Position numbers and translations under genes: made by a program. A stretch of DNA of 64,000 bases, from positions 59,669 to 123,668 of the forward strand of contig NZ_CANMTX010000008.1 in assembly GCF_947500985.1 (NCBI RefSeq), in the 5' to 3' direction. Positions 9,253 to 19,000 of the stretch are shown here, piece by piece (the stretch's first letter is position 1; each line of letters begins with the position of its first letter). This DNA comes from an uncultured Maribacter sp. (GTDB taxonomy: Bacteria > Bacteroidota > Bacteroidia > Flavobacteriales > Flavobacteriaceae). The notes under the pieces were generated by a model. That model saw only the letters and a program-made list of their open reading frames with translations. It was not told the DNA's origin and did no database searches.

Positions 9253-12200
9253 TTGTATCTTCTTTCTTATCGTTCTTTTTTAAAGGCTTTTTATCGGAAT
9301 CTTCCTTTTTTATCGGACTAAATAATTGACTGAACTTATTGAACTCGCGATTAAATATAAAGGCAACTCCGGTAATTATCAATTGACCATCAATAATATT
9401 TTGATACTCTTGTTTTCTATACCCTTTAAGTCGGTACGTGCCTTCTTCACTCAACAAGTATTCTAACGTCACATTGCCTATTAATGGGGTTTCGGTATCA
9501 CTTGAATTGGCACTACCTTCAACATCCACAGCACTACCAGCGGTGACAATTAAACGATCATTAAATAATTTTTTACTTGCGCTTATATTTAACTGTGTTC
9601 TACTTTCTGCAGTACCACTTTCATAGTCTTCAAAACTATCTAAATCAAAACCTAGCTCAAAACCGGAATTACCCAATAGTTTACTTGAAATAGAGGAGAG
9701 CTCATTTGAAAGGACCTTGTTGACATTGTTTTTGGCAATGGAAATAGCACCGCCACTACTACCATCACTACCTGTGGTGGGGTAAAAACGATTTAATGCC
9801 AATAATGAAAAAACTTGCTTGTTCAACTCAGACTCTTGTTCATTAAGTTGTTGTACGCGACTATATACCGCACCACCAAAATTACCTTGTTCACTTTCAG
9901 GCATATCTAATGCAAATGATAATTCTGGTTGAGTTAACTGTCCGTCGATATTCAGATATACCAAAAAGTCTGCTGCTTGCCGATATGAACCAGATAAACT
10001 ACTGTCTGTACCGTAACTTATAGACGACATCAGAGAAGATGCCGAAGTTTCAATTTCGTAAATAGCGGTAACATCCATTTTAGTATCATAAGGGTCTCCG
10101 CTCCAAACAATACTACTTCCTTTTTGCAATGTAAACTCCCTACTTACCAAATTATAGAGACTAGTTTTGTAAAATCCTGAATTTAATTCTAACCTGCCCG
10201 ATAGACGAATATCTTGGTTGGGGTCAATATTAAGATTTAATGTTGCACTGCCAGATGCCTGTAGTTTGTCATCAGTTTTCTCATCAAGAACAACTGTAAA
10301 TTTTGCTTCATTAGCTACTTCTAAAATCGTATTGATATCCATACCTGCAAAAAAAGAATCTGATTTTTCGCCGTCGTTCCGCGTAAGTATCGCGTCTGGA
10401 TTTTCTCTGTTTACAAAAATGACCACTCCATCTCGTTCTTGAATATCTAACTGGTCCTGCGGCACTACATAGGTGATGTCCGTTACATCACGCACACGTA
10501 ATTTTCCATCTATAACAGGTAATTCTAGATTTCCTTTTACGGTTAAATCTGCCAAAATACTGGCAATACCATAAACAAGTTCGTCATCACCTTTTTTAGA
10601 ATCCAATACCCTAAATTGGTCAGTTTTAACCGAAAGATTAAAATCAGGATTTGCAAAACTCTTAGTAGTTATAGTACCATCTACGGTTAATATACCTTGG
10701 TTAATATCATTAATGGCAAAGGAGTTGAACGTTATTTCATCTTGATCAATATCTATATATTCGTCATCTATGGCAAAAGTAGATTTGTACGCTGCTAAGG
10801 TTAAACTAAAATCATTAAAATTAATTCTGCCAGAATATTTAGGCTCGGCAAGTGTGCCATTTACAAGAAGACTACCATCTAAATACCCCTTACCATCCGT
10901 TAATTGATTATTAGACAGACCTTGAATAACGCTGGCTTCTAATTTTTGAATATCGAGTTCCATATTTAGCTCGGCAGTGGTTTCTTTAGCTGCATAGTCT
11001 CCGGTTAAGGTAAGATTTGCTCCACCATCTTTTAATGCTAAATCAAAGTCATATTCAGATAATGATTTAGAAGACGCATCTAAGGTTAATGTACCTAGCG
11101 GATTTTCCATGACCTGAAAATCTTTAATATCAATATCTGCTACTATCCCAGAAGCGGCATACGGATTAAGGATTACAAAGTTTCCCTCGACTTTACCTTT
11201 TGCTAATGCTTCATCAGGATTAAAAAAGCTTAGGAATGTTTGTAATTGAAAATTTTCGAAAAGAATACCGATATGGTCCGATTCCATTTTTGGAACCTTA
11301 TTAGAAATTTCCATTTTTTGAGAATTTCTACTTAAAATCACGTTTTTAAAATCAGAAAATGATTCAGCTATTACAATGTTATTATCCTCTGGAATATTCC
11401 ATTGTTTAGTGTTTAAGATGAGATTTTCCGGATTAATATGAAGCTTTAAAGTGTCTTTTTGAAATACTAAGCCCGACGCTATATGCATAACGGCAACGGA
11501 ATCATTTTTAGAATTGAAGTTAAGTAGCAGTTCTTTGTTTTTAAGGCTGCCTTCTAAATAGGTTTGTTTTAGATGAATGGGATCATAAATTAAATCTGCC
11601 AAACCTGCCGAGAATTTAAGGTCTATGGAATCTCCCTTTACAAAAGCATTTAAACTATCAACAGAACTACCTGCATATGCAATGTGCGGTACTTTTACTT
11701 CGGCAGATATCTTTCGCTTTTTAGAATTGAAACTAGCATCTATATTTACGGAGTCTAAGTCTTCAACTCCATTAAAAAACACCTTCGATAAAACGGGAGT
11801 AGGTATAATGGCAAGTGACAGTTTTGCATCGATATCGTCCTCAGCTTTAAACGTAGTATCATCGGTAGAGAAATACTGTTCTATTTGTTTTTTAAGTGCA
11901 GTTGTAATACGATTTGGTGATGCATTTGATGCTAATTGCCCATTTAAGAAATTACTTTTAACTGATACATCAGTAATAGAATCTTCAATATGAGCTTTTA
12001 AGGCGATAGTAGCTACTTGGTATTGCTCATTATCCGCAATGGTAATACCGTCTTCTATAGTTGTGTTTATTGTAAAATTTGATGGTGTGCCGGTATAATT
12101 TCCTTTTATGTTTGCCGCTATTTTAATATTGTCTTTTGTGAGACCTAGTTGTTGTAAATCTGCGCCAATAATATTTGAAGTAAAAATAATGTCGTTTTCT

Positions 12201-14239
12201 TGAGATGAAAGTGCCATAGTTGAATTGACTTTCATATTCAAATTTGGGTCATCTATATTAGCGGTAATGGTGCCGTTCCCATTTTTTAGATTCCCGGTAA
12301 CTTCTATGTCATTATAATCGTATCCATCATATTGAAATTGTGTAATAGTGCCATCAATAGTACTGTCAAAATCACTAAGTTCAGAACCCGCACCTTTACC
12401 TTTAATTTTTAGTGATAATTTACCCAGTTGGTCGTTCTGTAATAGCTTTCCTAATTGTAGACTATCAACAGAAATTTGACCATCGAACTTCATGAGGTCA
12501 TCAAAATTTACGAGGGTATTTATAGTAGCAGACCCTTCTGGTATTTTGATTTTCATATCAGGATTTATCCATGTAATTCCGCCAGATAAACTTCCTTCTG
12601 CGAGGATAGTTTCTGGAATAGCTATTCCTAATTCTTTAGACGATATTATTTTATTGATTGCAGATTTGTCACTTGCAAAGATAATATTGTTCAAGTCGTA
12701 TGTAAGTGGATCTACAGCAGTGAGATTGCTGATACTACCCTTTGCAGTCAGTTTGGTGTCTTTTCCCCATTGTAGTTCTGTGTTAAAATCATCCACTTTT
12801 TCGAGACTACCTACGGCTTTTAGATTGCCGGTAATAGGTTGTGCGGACAAGGAATCTAAATACTGATTTTGGGCTAGTTTCGGTTGTAGTTTAAGTACAT
12901 CGTCAAGCTCTAAATTAAGGTCTGAAATAGTAGCGGACATGGCACTTTTCTCAGGATTTTTCAATGCTCCTTTCAAGGAGCTAAACTGTATATTAAAATC
13001 TGCCCTTGCTGAACTCTGATTCATTTGAAAAACAACATCTGAAAGTGATGCCTGAGTATTGGTCAGACCTGCATTAAATGTCAATTGATCTAACCTAATG
13101 CCGCTAGATTCTGAAAAGGAGAACTTAGAAACGTTCAGATTGAATTTCTTTGGTTGGTATTTTAAATTTTCAGCTAGCAGTTGTAACTTTTCAATTTTAA
13201 ACGCATCGGGATCGAAAGCATCTGCATTACTAACGTTGCCATTTAAAGAGTAACTAAATGTGTTTTTTGCAATGTTGATATCATTGGCTGCAATAATAAA
13301 ATCTGGCCATTGAAACTCTGTGTTATTGGATGTATTTTTTTGTTCAGATTCGTCACTTGTTATTTGTATGTCGATTTGCGAATCATGTAAGATGAAGTCG
13401 TCGGTCTCGTATCTATTTTTAGAAACATCTGCTAAAATATCTGTGAGTTCAATAGTTCCTAATTTTAATTCAGTTAGTAAACCATCGGGCTGACTATTGT
13501 AGCTAATAGCTATATTTTCTACTTTGAAATCTTCTACCTGTATAAATGGTAGCGTAGTATTGGTAGTATCTTCAGTAACAGAAAATGGGTGTGTTTGATT
13601 ATAGGTGAATTGGGTATCTCTTAGATTTAAATTATCTAAAGAAAACTTCATTTTTTCTAAATCAAACTCAGAAACTTCTATATCTAAGATGCCAAGTATT
13701 AGGTTGATGTCCGTTCCTAAATAGGCATCGTTGTAATTCAATTTCCAATCAGTTAAATCTAAACTTCCTATAGAAATCTCCATAGGTTCAGAAGTAGCTG
13801 CTGTTGTGTCTGTAGGGGTTGTTAGCGCGTCTATAAGAAAAGTGAAATTAAATTCATCAGGATTATCTTCTCGACTAATATTCGCAACCACACCATTAGA
13901 AATGACTCCATCTATAGCTAATGAATTTTTAAAAACAATAGGGTAAATAGGGATATCTGCTTGAAGCGATTTTGAATAGAATAAAGTATCACCTTTTTTA
14001 TCCTCCAGAAATATATTCTCCACTTGAATGTCTCCTGAGAAAGTAAGATACAATTTGCCGACTTCTACTTTAGTATTTGTTTTTTCTGATATATAATTAG
14101 TGACTTTAGATACAATGAAGTTCTGAGCCCAAGGAGTTTTAACTACTAAAACCAAAATAAAGAATAGCAATAATACACCAAGGATAATTTTCCCCAGGAG
14201 CTTTATATACTTTTTGAATTTTGAATTTGTGTCGGTCAT
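9242..14239 (-). CDS. tamB: Translocation/assembly module TamB-like protein
   Basis: About 1665 aa with N-terminal TM anchor, beta-taco-like repeats and DUF490-like C-terminus, directly upstream of tamL; ATG 14239 preferred. Confidence 0.85.
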   Translation of the reverse strand: MTDTNSKFKKYIKLLGKIILGVLLLFFILVLVVKTPWAQNFIVSKVTNYISEKTNTKVEVGKLYLTFSGDIQVENIFLEDKKGDTLFYSKSLQADIPIYPIVFKNSLAIDGVISNGVVANISREDNPDEFNFTFLIDALTTPTDTTAATSEPMEISIGSLDLTDWKLNYNDAYLGTDINLILGILDIEVSEFDLEKMKFSLDNLNLRDTQFTYNQTHPFSVTEDTTNTTLPFIQVEDFKVENIAISYNSQPDGLLTELKLGTIELTDILADVSKNRYETDDFILHDSQIDIQITSDESEQKNTSNNTEFQWPDFIIAANDINIAKNTFSYSLNGNVSNADAFDPDAFKIEKLQLLAENLKYQPKKFNLNVSKFSFSESSGIRLDQLTFNAGLTNTQASLSDVVFQMNQSSARADFNIQFSSLKGALKNPEKSAMSATISDLNLELDDVLKLQPKLAQNQYLDSLSAQPITGNLKAVGSLEKVDDFNTELQWGKDTKLTAKGSISNLTAVDPLTYDLNNIIFASDKSAINKIISSKELGIAIPETILAEGSLSGGITWINPDMKIKIPEGSATINTLVNFDDLMKFDGQISVDSLQLGKLLQNDQLGKLSLKIKGKGAGSELSDFDSTIDGTITQFQYDGYDYNDIEVTGNLKNGNGTITANIDDPNLNMKVNSTMALSSQENDIIFTSNIIGADLQQLGLTKDNIKIAANIKGNYTGTPSNFTINTTIEDGITIADNEQYQVATIALKAHIEDSITDVSVKSNFLNGQLASNASPNRITTALKKQIEQYFSTDDTTFKAEDDIDAKLSLAIIPTPVLSKVFFNGVEDLDSVNIDASFNSKKRKISAEVKVPHIAYAGSSVDSLNAFVKGDSIDLKFSAGLADLIYDPIHLKQTYLEGSLKNKELLLNFNSKNDSVAVMHIASGLVFQKDTLKLHINPENLILNTKQWNIPEDNNIVIAESFSDFKNVILSRNSQKMEISNKVPKMESDHIGILFENFQLQTFLSFFNPDEALAKGKVEGNFVILNPYAASGIVADIDIKDFQVMENPLGTLTLDASSKSLSEYDFDLALKDGGANLTLTGDYAAKETTAELNMELDIQKLEASVIQGLSNNQLTDGKGYLDGSLLVNGTLAEPKYSGRINFNDFSLTLAAYKSTFAIDDEYIDIDQDEITFNSFAINDINQGILTVDGTITTKSFANPDFNLSVKTDQFRVLDSKKGDDELVYGIASILADLTVKGNLELPVIDGKLRVRDVTDITYVVPQDQLDIQERDGVVIFVNRENPDAILTRNDGEKSDSFFAGMDINTILEVANEAKFTVVLDEKTDDKLQASGSATLNLNIDPNQDIRLSGRLELNSGFYKTSLYNLVSREFTLQKGSSIVWSGDPYDTKMDVTAIYEIETSASSLMSSISYGTDSSLSGSYRQAADFLVYLNIDGQLTQPELSFALDMPESEQGNFGGAVYSRVQQLNEQESELNKQVFSLLALNRFYPTTGSDGSSGGAISIAKNNVNKVLSNELSSISSKLLGNSGFELGFDLDSFEDYESGTAESRTQLNISASKKLFNDRLIVTAGSAVDVEGSANSSDTETPLIGNVTLEYLLSEEGTYRLKGYRKQEYQNIIDGQLIITGVAFIFNREFNKFSQLFSPIKKEDSDKKPLKKNDKKEDTIEK

Positions 14240-14296
14240 ATGGTAAACACTATAGGAATGAATACAAACATTCAATTTTCAACCGTAATGTTACCA

Positions 14297-14404
14297 TTAT
14301 AGTTGTGCCATAAAACCTGTAGCAATTATAATTAACAATACTATTATGATAACGAGGTTGTAAAACCTTCTTTTCTTTTTCTTGGTTTCTTTAAGTGATG
14401 CCAT
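14297..14404 (-). CDS. 35-aa single-pass membrane peptide MASLKETKKKKRRFYNLVIIIVLLIIIATGFMAQL (not in ORF track)
   Basis: Translated by hand; polybasic N-terminus plus one hydrophobic helix; TAACTTTG promoter element 7 nt upstream of the ATG. Confidence 0.65.
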   Translation of the reverse strand: MASLKETKKKKRRFYNLVIIIVLLIIIATGFMAQL

Positions 14405-14411
14405 AAAAATG

Positions 14412-14419
14412 CAAAGTTA
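14412..14419 (-). promoter_or_regulatory. -7 promoter element for the 35-aa ORF (and possibly tamB-tamL)
   Basis: Minus-strand TAACTTTG matches TAnnTTTG. Confidence 0.6.
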
Positions 14420-14529
14420 AACCTACCAATATATAAATTTAGCTTATTTGCTACGAAGATTATCGGTAAACAACATATTCTATGTATGTGTTTGGTTCTA
14501 AAACTAAAATTTAAAATATAAAAACAGTT

Positions 14530-14559
14530 GGTCGATACATTTTGTCAGTCGGTCTATAC
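14530..14559. promoter_or_regulatory. Imperfect direct repeat GGTCGATAC/GGTCTATAC, 21-bp period
   Basis: 14530-14538 and 14551-14559; core TCGATA-N15-TCTATA recurs exactly at 29701-29727. Confidence 0.55.
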
Positions 14560-14607
14560 TTATTCTCCCTTAGTCAATTGTGCGAGATTAGAGCGACCAT
14601 AACAATA

Positions 14608-14615
14608 TACCTTTG
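14608..14615 (+). promoter_or_regulatory. -7 promoter element for the 42-aa ORF
   Basis: TACCTTTG matches TAnnTTTG, 46 bp upstream of ATG 14662. Confidence 0.6.
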
Positions 14616-14661
14616 AAGTGTAATTAATGATTAGCAAACAATATCATTAACTCTGAATTTT

Positions 14662-14790
14662 ATGAAAACTGTTTCAAATTATAAAATGTGTTTAGGTTAT
14701 TTTGAATTAGCGAACCAAGACGAAATTTTTGAAATAAACAATTTTAATATTACAAATTCAGAATTGATACTAGAAGCTATGGCAAAATAA
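14662..14790 (+). CDS. 42-aa small protein MKTVSNYKMCLGYFELANQDEIFEINNFNITNSELILEAMAK (not in ORF track)
   Basis: Translated by hand; has its own promoter element upstream and a hairpin plus intrinsic terminator downstream. Confidence 0.55.
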   Translation: MKTVSNYKMCLGYFELANQDEIFEINNFNITNSELILEAMAK

Positions 14791-14820
14791 TAGTTGCTCA
14801 GGTAGTTCCCCCAAATTACC

Positions 14821-14850
14821 AAAGACCAATAGAAATATTGGTCTTTTTTT
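14821..14850 (+). terminator. Intrinsic terminator
   Basis: AAAGACCAAT-agaaat-ATTGGTCTTT followed by a T run. Confidence 0.8.
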
Positions 14851-15952
14851 ATTTTAAACCTTTCGTTTGAATTTTATGAAAACTGTCTGCTTGTAGACGA
14901 AGTAGTTCTTCTGCTTTTTTCTTTTTATAGCCGTACAATTCTTCTTCACCTTTTAAATCTTCATATATTTTCTGATTGATTTCACTATCAGTTGAAGCAA
15001 TGAGCTTTCGTTGCGCCAGTTTTTGCTCCACCCAAGTAGAAAGAACGCTTTCTTCCTCTTCTGATTTAATATCATATTCCCCTTTAGGAGCAAGTAGCTT
15101 AGCTATAATTGGTGAAGTCTCAATAGCCAAAAACAAAAGAAATATAAAAAATGATGGTAGCCATGGCAATTCGTCTAAAGCCGTAATTCTAGCCATTAAT
15201 CCGTCGAAACCGTCTATAATAGGTTGCGAATTTTTAACTACTTCAGCATATTCTGTATCTAATGCTGCTATTTGAGATTCTATCGCCGAAACTTTTTCAT
15301 TATTAGTAGTTTTTAGAGCCTGTAATTCTGCAAGAGCTGCATCATGCTTATCTCGTTTTTCGGCATAAACGGGACCTTTACCTAGCAGTTTGGTTCCGGC
15401 AGTACCTTCGGCTTCATTGATATAAATATCATATAGTGCATTTGTCTCCGTTTCTTTTATTGAAACTTCATTTTTTAATGCAGCAATATCTTGATTCAAT
15501 TGCTCAACCTTTGGGGTGTATTGCAACGCGAGTTGGTCTTTGTTGGCAAGTGTAAGTTCATTCTTTTGCTCCAACAACACCTGATTGATTTCTTTCTCGA
15601 AAATTTTCATTTCCAAGGGTTTCGAAATTACTATGGCAATTATGACTGCGAGAATGATACGCGGAGTAGCTTGTAAAAATTCTTGACCAAAATTGTTTCT
15701 CTTTTTAATGGTAGCAACTATAAAACGATCTAAATTGAATATTAATAATCCCCAAATGAAACCGAAGAATACTGCAGTATACACATTGTCGAAAACCGTG
15801 AATAGTGCATAACTACTAGCAATAAAAGCCATTACAGCTGTGAAAAATACAGTAGCGCCAATACCGGCATATTTGTTTTGCTCACCTTTAGAGCAGGTTT
15901 TTAAAAGATCGGCATCTGCCCCTGAGCAGAGAATAAAGAAGTCTTGTATCAT
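14849..15952 (-). CDS. DUF4407-like membrane/coiled-coil protein
   Basis: CSGAD...YAGIGATVFFTA and LIFNLDRFIV motifs, TM helices then long coiled coil; ATG 15952 preferred because the track start at 16024 lies in a terminator. Confidence 0.75.
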   Translation of the reverse strand: MIQDFFILCSGADADLLKTCSKGEQNKYAGIGATVFFTAVMAFIASSYALFTVFDNVYTAVFFGFIWGLLIFNLDRFIVATIKKRNNFGQEFLQATPRIILAVIIAIVISKPLEMKIFEKEINQVLLEQKNELTLANKDQLALQYTPKVEQLNQDIAALKNEVSIKETETNALYDIYINEAEGTAGTKLLGKGPVYAEKRDKHDAALAELQALKTTNNEKVSAIESQIAALDTEYAEVVKNSQPIIDGFDGLMARITALDELPWLPSFFIFLLFLAIETSPIIAKLLAPKGEYDIKSEEEESVLSTWVEQKLAQRKLIASTDSEINQKIYEDLKGEEELYGYKKKKAEELLRLQADSFHKIQTKGLK

Positions 15953-16022
15953 GATTAATGATTTGTTTTTGATTGATGATGATGTATACTGGGTGAACGT
16001 AACTATTTCATTTTTGGTACGC

Positions 16023-16047
16023 AAAAAGCCCTCGAAAAGAGGGCTTT
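16023..16047 (-). terminator. Intrinsic terminator of the blaI-blaR1-like operon
   Basis: AAAGCCCTC-gaaaa-GAGGGCTTT with an A run on the left (U tail on the minus strand). Confidence 0.75.
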
Positions 16048-16068
16048 AACATATGTTTGACGTTGTGG

Positions 16069-19000
16069 TTATCTTATTGTTACAGGTTCTTTGGTAATTC
16101 TTACTTCTGCTTTGCCATTTTTCTCTCTAGATTCTATATTTAACTCTTTCTTTTTCTTTAGTAGGTCAATGGCTTTATCAGACGAGACTTCTTTGCCTTC
16201 GTAGAAGAATGTTGCTCCTTTTTTTGCCATGTTAATAGCATAGTCTAATGGTGATGGTGGTGTAGGAGGAGATGGCGGAGGTGGAATAAGATCGGTATTA
16301 GTTTTCTTGTAAATTTTAATCTCTGGTGGTCTGTTGGCATAAGGTAGAGTTTGAATTTTAATGTCTTTTTCGTTCTTTATAATTACAAAACCTTCTTCTG
16401 AGGATATTTTTTCACCTTCAAAATAGAATTGGGCATTTTGTTTTTCTAGTGAGCGTAAATATTCCATTAGACTAGGGTTGTTTTTAGTTTTGGCGCTATT
16501 TGAGTTATAAATGTATACTCTAGTGTTTTCTGGTTTCTTCTCATCATATTTTAGCTCTTCATCAGTGTTGATATAGGCAGTGTTATTATGTGGTAAATTA
16601 TTCGCTTTGTGCTGTAATAATTCGCCATCGTATGTATCTTGGGTTGCTATAATCCTTTCAATTTCAGCATCTGCATAAGCAGCGGTATTCGGAGCTTTTG
16701 GCGCTTTTGGTACAGGTGGCGGTTCTGGAAAATCTGGGAATGGCTCTGCGGCTGTTTTTTGTTTAGCAGACATTAATCCGTAGATATAATTTAAATTATC
16801 AAGATCAGCTTTCATGATGCGAATATTACCACCTTTGGATATCATGGTGTTATAACTTTTTGCCAACTTATTGTAGGTGGAAATTTGCTCTTTTGTAGCA
16901 CCATCTTGATTTTGCTTAGGCAAAGACTTGGGGAAGGGTTGAGCCTCTTCTCTTTGAGCTGGACTCAAATTTCTATAAACAGACTCCAATATTTTTAAAT
17001 CATTAAGTGGAATCTCTCGTTTTTTAACGTGAATAGCGTTGTATTTTTTGGCAAGTTTATTATATGTGGAGAAAGCTCTTTTGCTGAGGTTGGCATTGAT
17101 GTCACCCGAAGTTGTATATACAGCGAACTGAGCAGTGTCGTAACTCTCTAATGGAGACATTGCTTTTATACTGTTTCTATTAATATAACCGTTCAATTTG
17201 TAAGCAGGTAAATTCTCTTTATCATTAATAGCTATTATATCGTTTGTAGAATTTAGTTTAATCCATGACGTAGCATCTACTAAATAAGGTGTTTCATTAA
17301 CCTCTACAATACAATTGGTATTACCATTTTTTGCATCCTCTAACTTTGAATTGAAAAACCGTTCGCTTTCAATTATAGATTTGTTTTTCGAAACTGATGT
17401 ATAATCTAAGTTGCCGTTGCTTGTGAAAAGTTTAGAGAACTCAGGTGTAGCTCCATAATTTTTTTGAAGACCGAAGAAGAAGGAGCTAGTAATTTTACTT
17501 TGAAAATTTCCCCAATGCTCTTTTTGTAATAATGATTTATAGCCATCCTTTTTGACTGTTAGGTTAAAATTTATTTCATCTGGTGAGCTATTATTTAATT
17601 CAAACGAATAATATCCTTTAATGTCTGTTTTGGTGAGAACGGTTCCGTTATGGTCCTTAATTTCTGCATTTACTAAAGGTTCTAAAGTTTCAGAATCTAT
17701 TACTAAACCTGCGAGTTCTATTATTCTGTTTGGGTTTTTGTTTGAAGTGTTGTCACTTCTCAATTTATTAGAAGAATCATCTTCGGGCATGGCATATCTA
17801 TCCGAGAATATGGTGATACTTTTTGTATTTAATTTTCTCAATTCTACTGTTATAGCATCTGTAAAATCTGAATCGATATGCTCAGTGGTATAAACTTGCG
17901 CTGATAGTTTATTGTTTTTAATCGCTAATGGAAATTCTGCCTTTACCTTTTCATTTAGTTTTGATAGAGGAACAAGTTGATCATTGAACCATATTTCATT
18001 TTCATTTTTAATTTCTATCCAAGCTATCTCTAACAGTGGTTCATTATTAGCGTCTGTTTTATGAGTGTTAAGTACATTATTTCTACGAATTTTTTTAGCT
18101 TCATCTATCGTTTTTCCATCATAATCACTTGAAGCAAATCCATTTTGATTAAAAATCCCAGTTGTCCTTTTACTAAAATGTTCAATATTAAAAATGCCCA
18201 CAGACTGAAGTTCTGATTGTACTTGATCTATAAGTTTATATTGATTTTCATCATATAAAATATTTGCTGTTATGTAATTCTTAAAGATATATGTGTCAAT
18301 ATTTTGATTTACGTTAAGTGCTTTTTCAGATAGTTTTTCTAAAGCTACGGGCTCATTATTCATTAATAAACTTCCACTTTTTGTGATTTCTATATTAATG
18401 TCTTTAATCGTGTTTTGAGCTATTACATTTTTTTGACTAAAACCATAAAGCATTAAGGCCAATACAGGTAGCAACAATAGGCTTCGTAATACAATTCCTT
18501 TTTTTGATGTTTGTTTTTTCATGATGATGAATCGTTTTTTGATTGATGAATAATTTATGGCATTGGCAATACCAACTGATTGATAGGTCTTAAAGCTGTC
18601 GTTTGATAAGTACGACAGTAACGTGTTTTGATAATTTAAATGGTCTTCTTGACCATTAAGTACAGCACTATCTGCTAAGAATTCATGGTTTAGTTTTATT
18701 GTTTTTTTGTAAACGTAAATCAACGGATTGAACCAGAATACCACTTGCAATACTTCAAGAAAAAGTACATCTAAACTATGCCTTTGTATAGCATGGGTTT
18801 CTTCATGTTTTATTACGGAATCTGGTATGCTGTTGACCTCAAATTTTCGTTTGTTTAGAAATATGTACTTTAAAAAAGTATGTGGCGGCAGTTGTTCTTT
18901 TAGTAATATTCTATAGATAGTACTATGTTTCGTTTTTGGGTTGTTATGAATACGTTTCCAGATTTTATAGAGGTTGATAAGAAAGCGCAATGAGAATCCT

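Larger units (their letters stand above)
14654..14886 (+). repeat. Exact 19-bp direct repeat TGAATTTTATGAAAACTGT (14654-14672 and 14868-14886)
   Basis: Read directly from the sequence; copies are 214 bp apart. Confidence 0.9.

Noticed and set aside
14405-14445. Sigma-54 promoters upstream of the small ORFs (rpoN is in the window)
   Set aside because: GG and GC are spaced by 9 nt here and 7 nt at the 29.6 kb locus, not the required 10
15953-16024. N-terminal extensions in ORF-track starts (also 5901, 14275, 37102, 39927, 52926, 54457)
   Set aside because: They run into promoters, terminators or the upstream gene; downstream ATGs give family-typical N-termini or signal peptides
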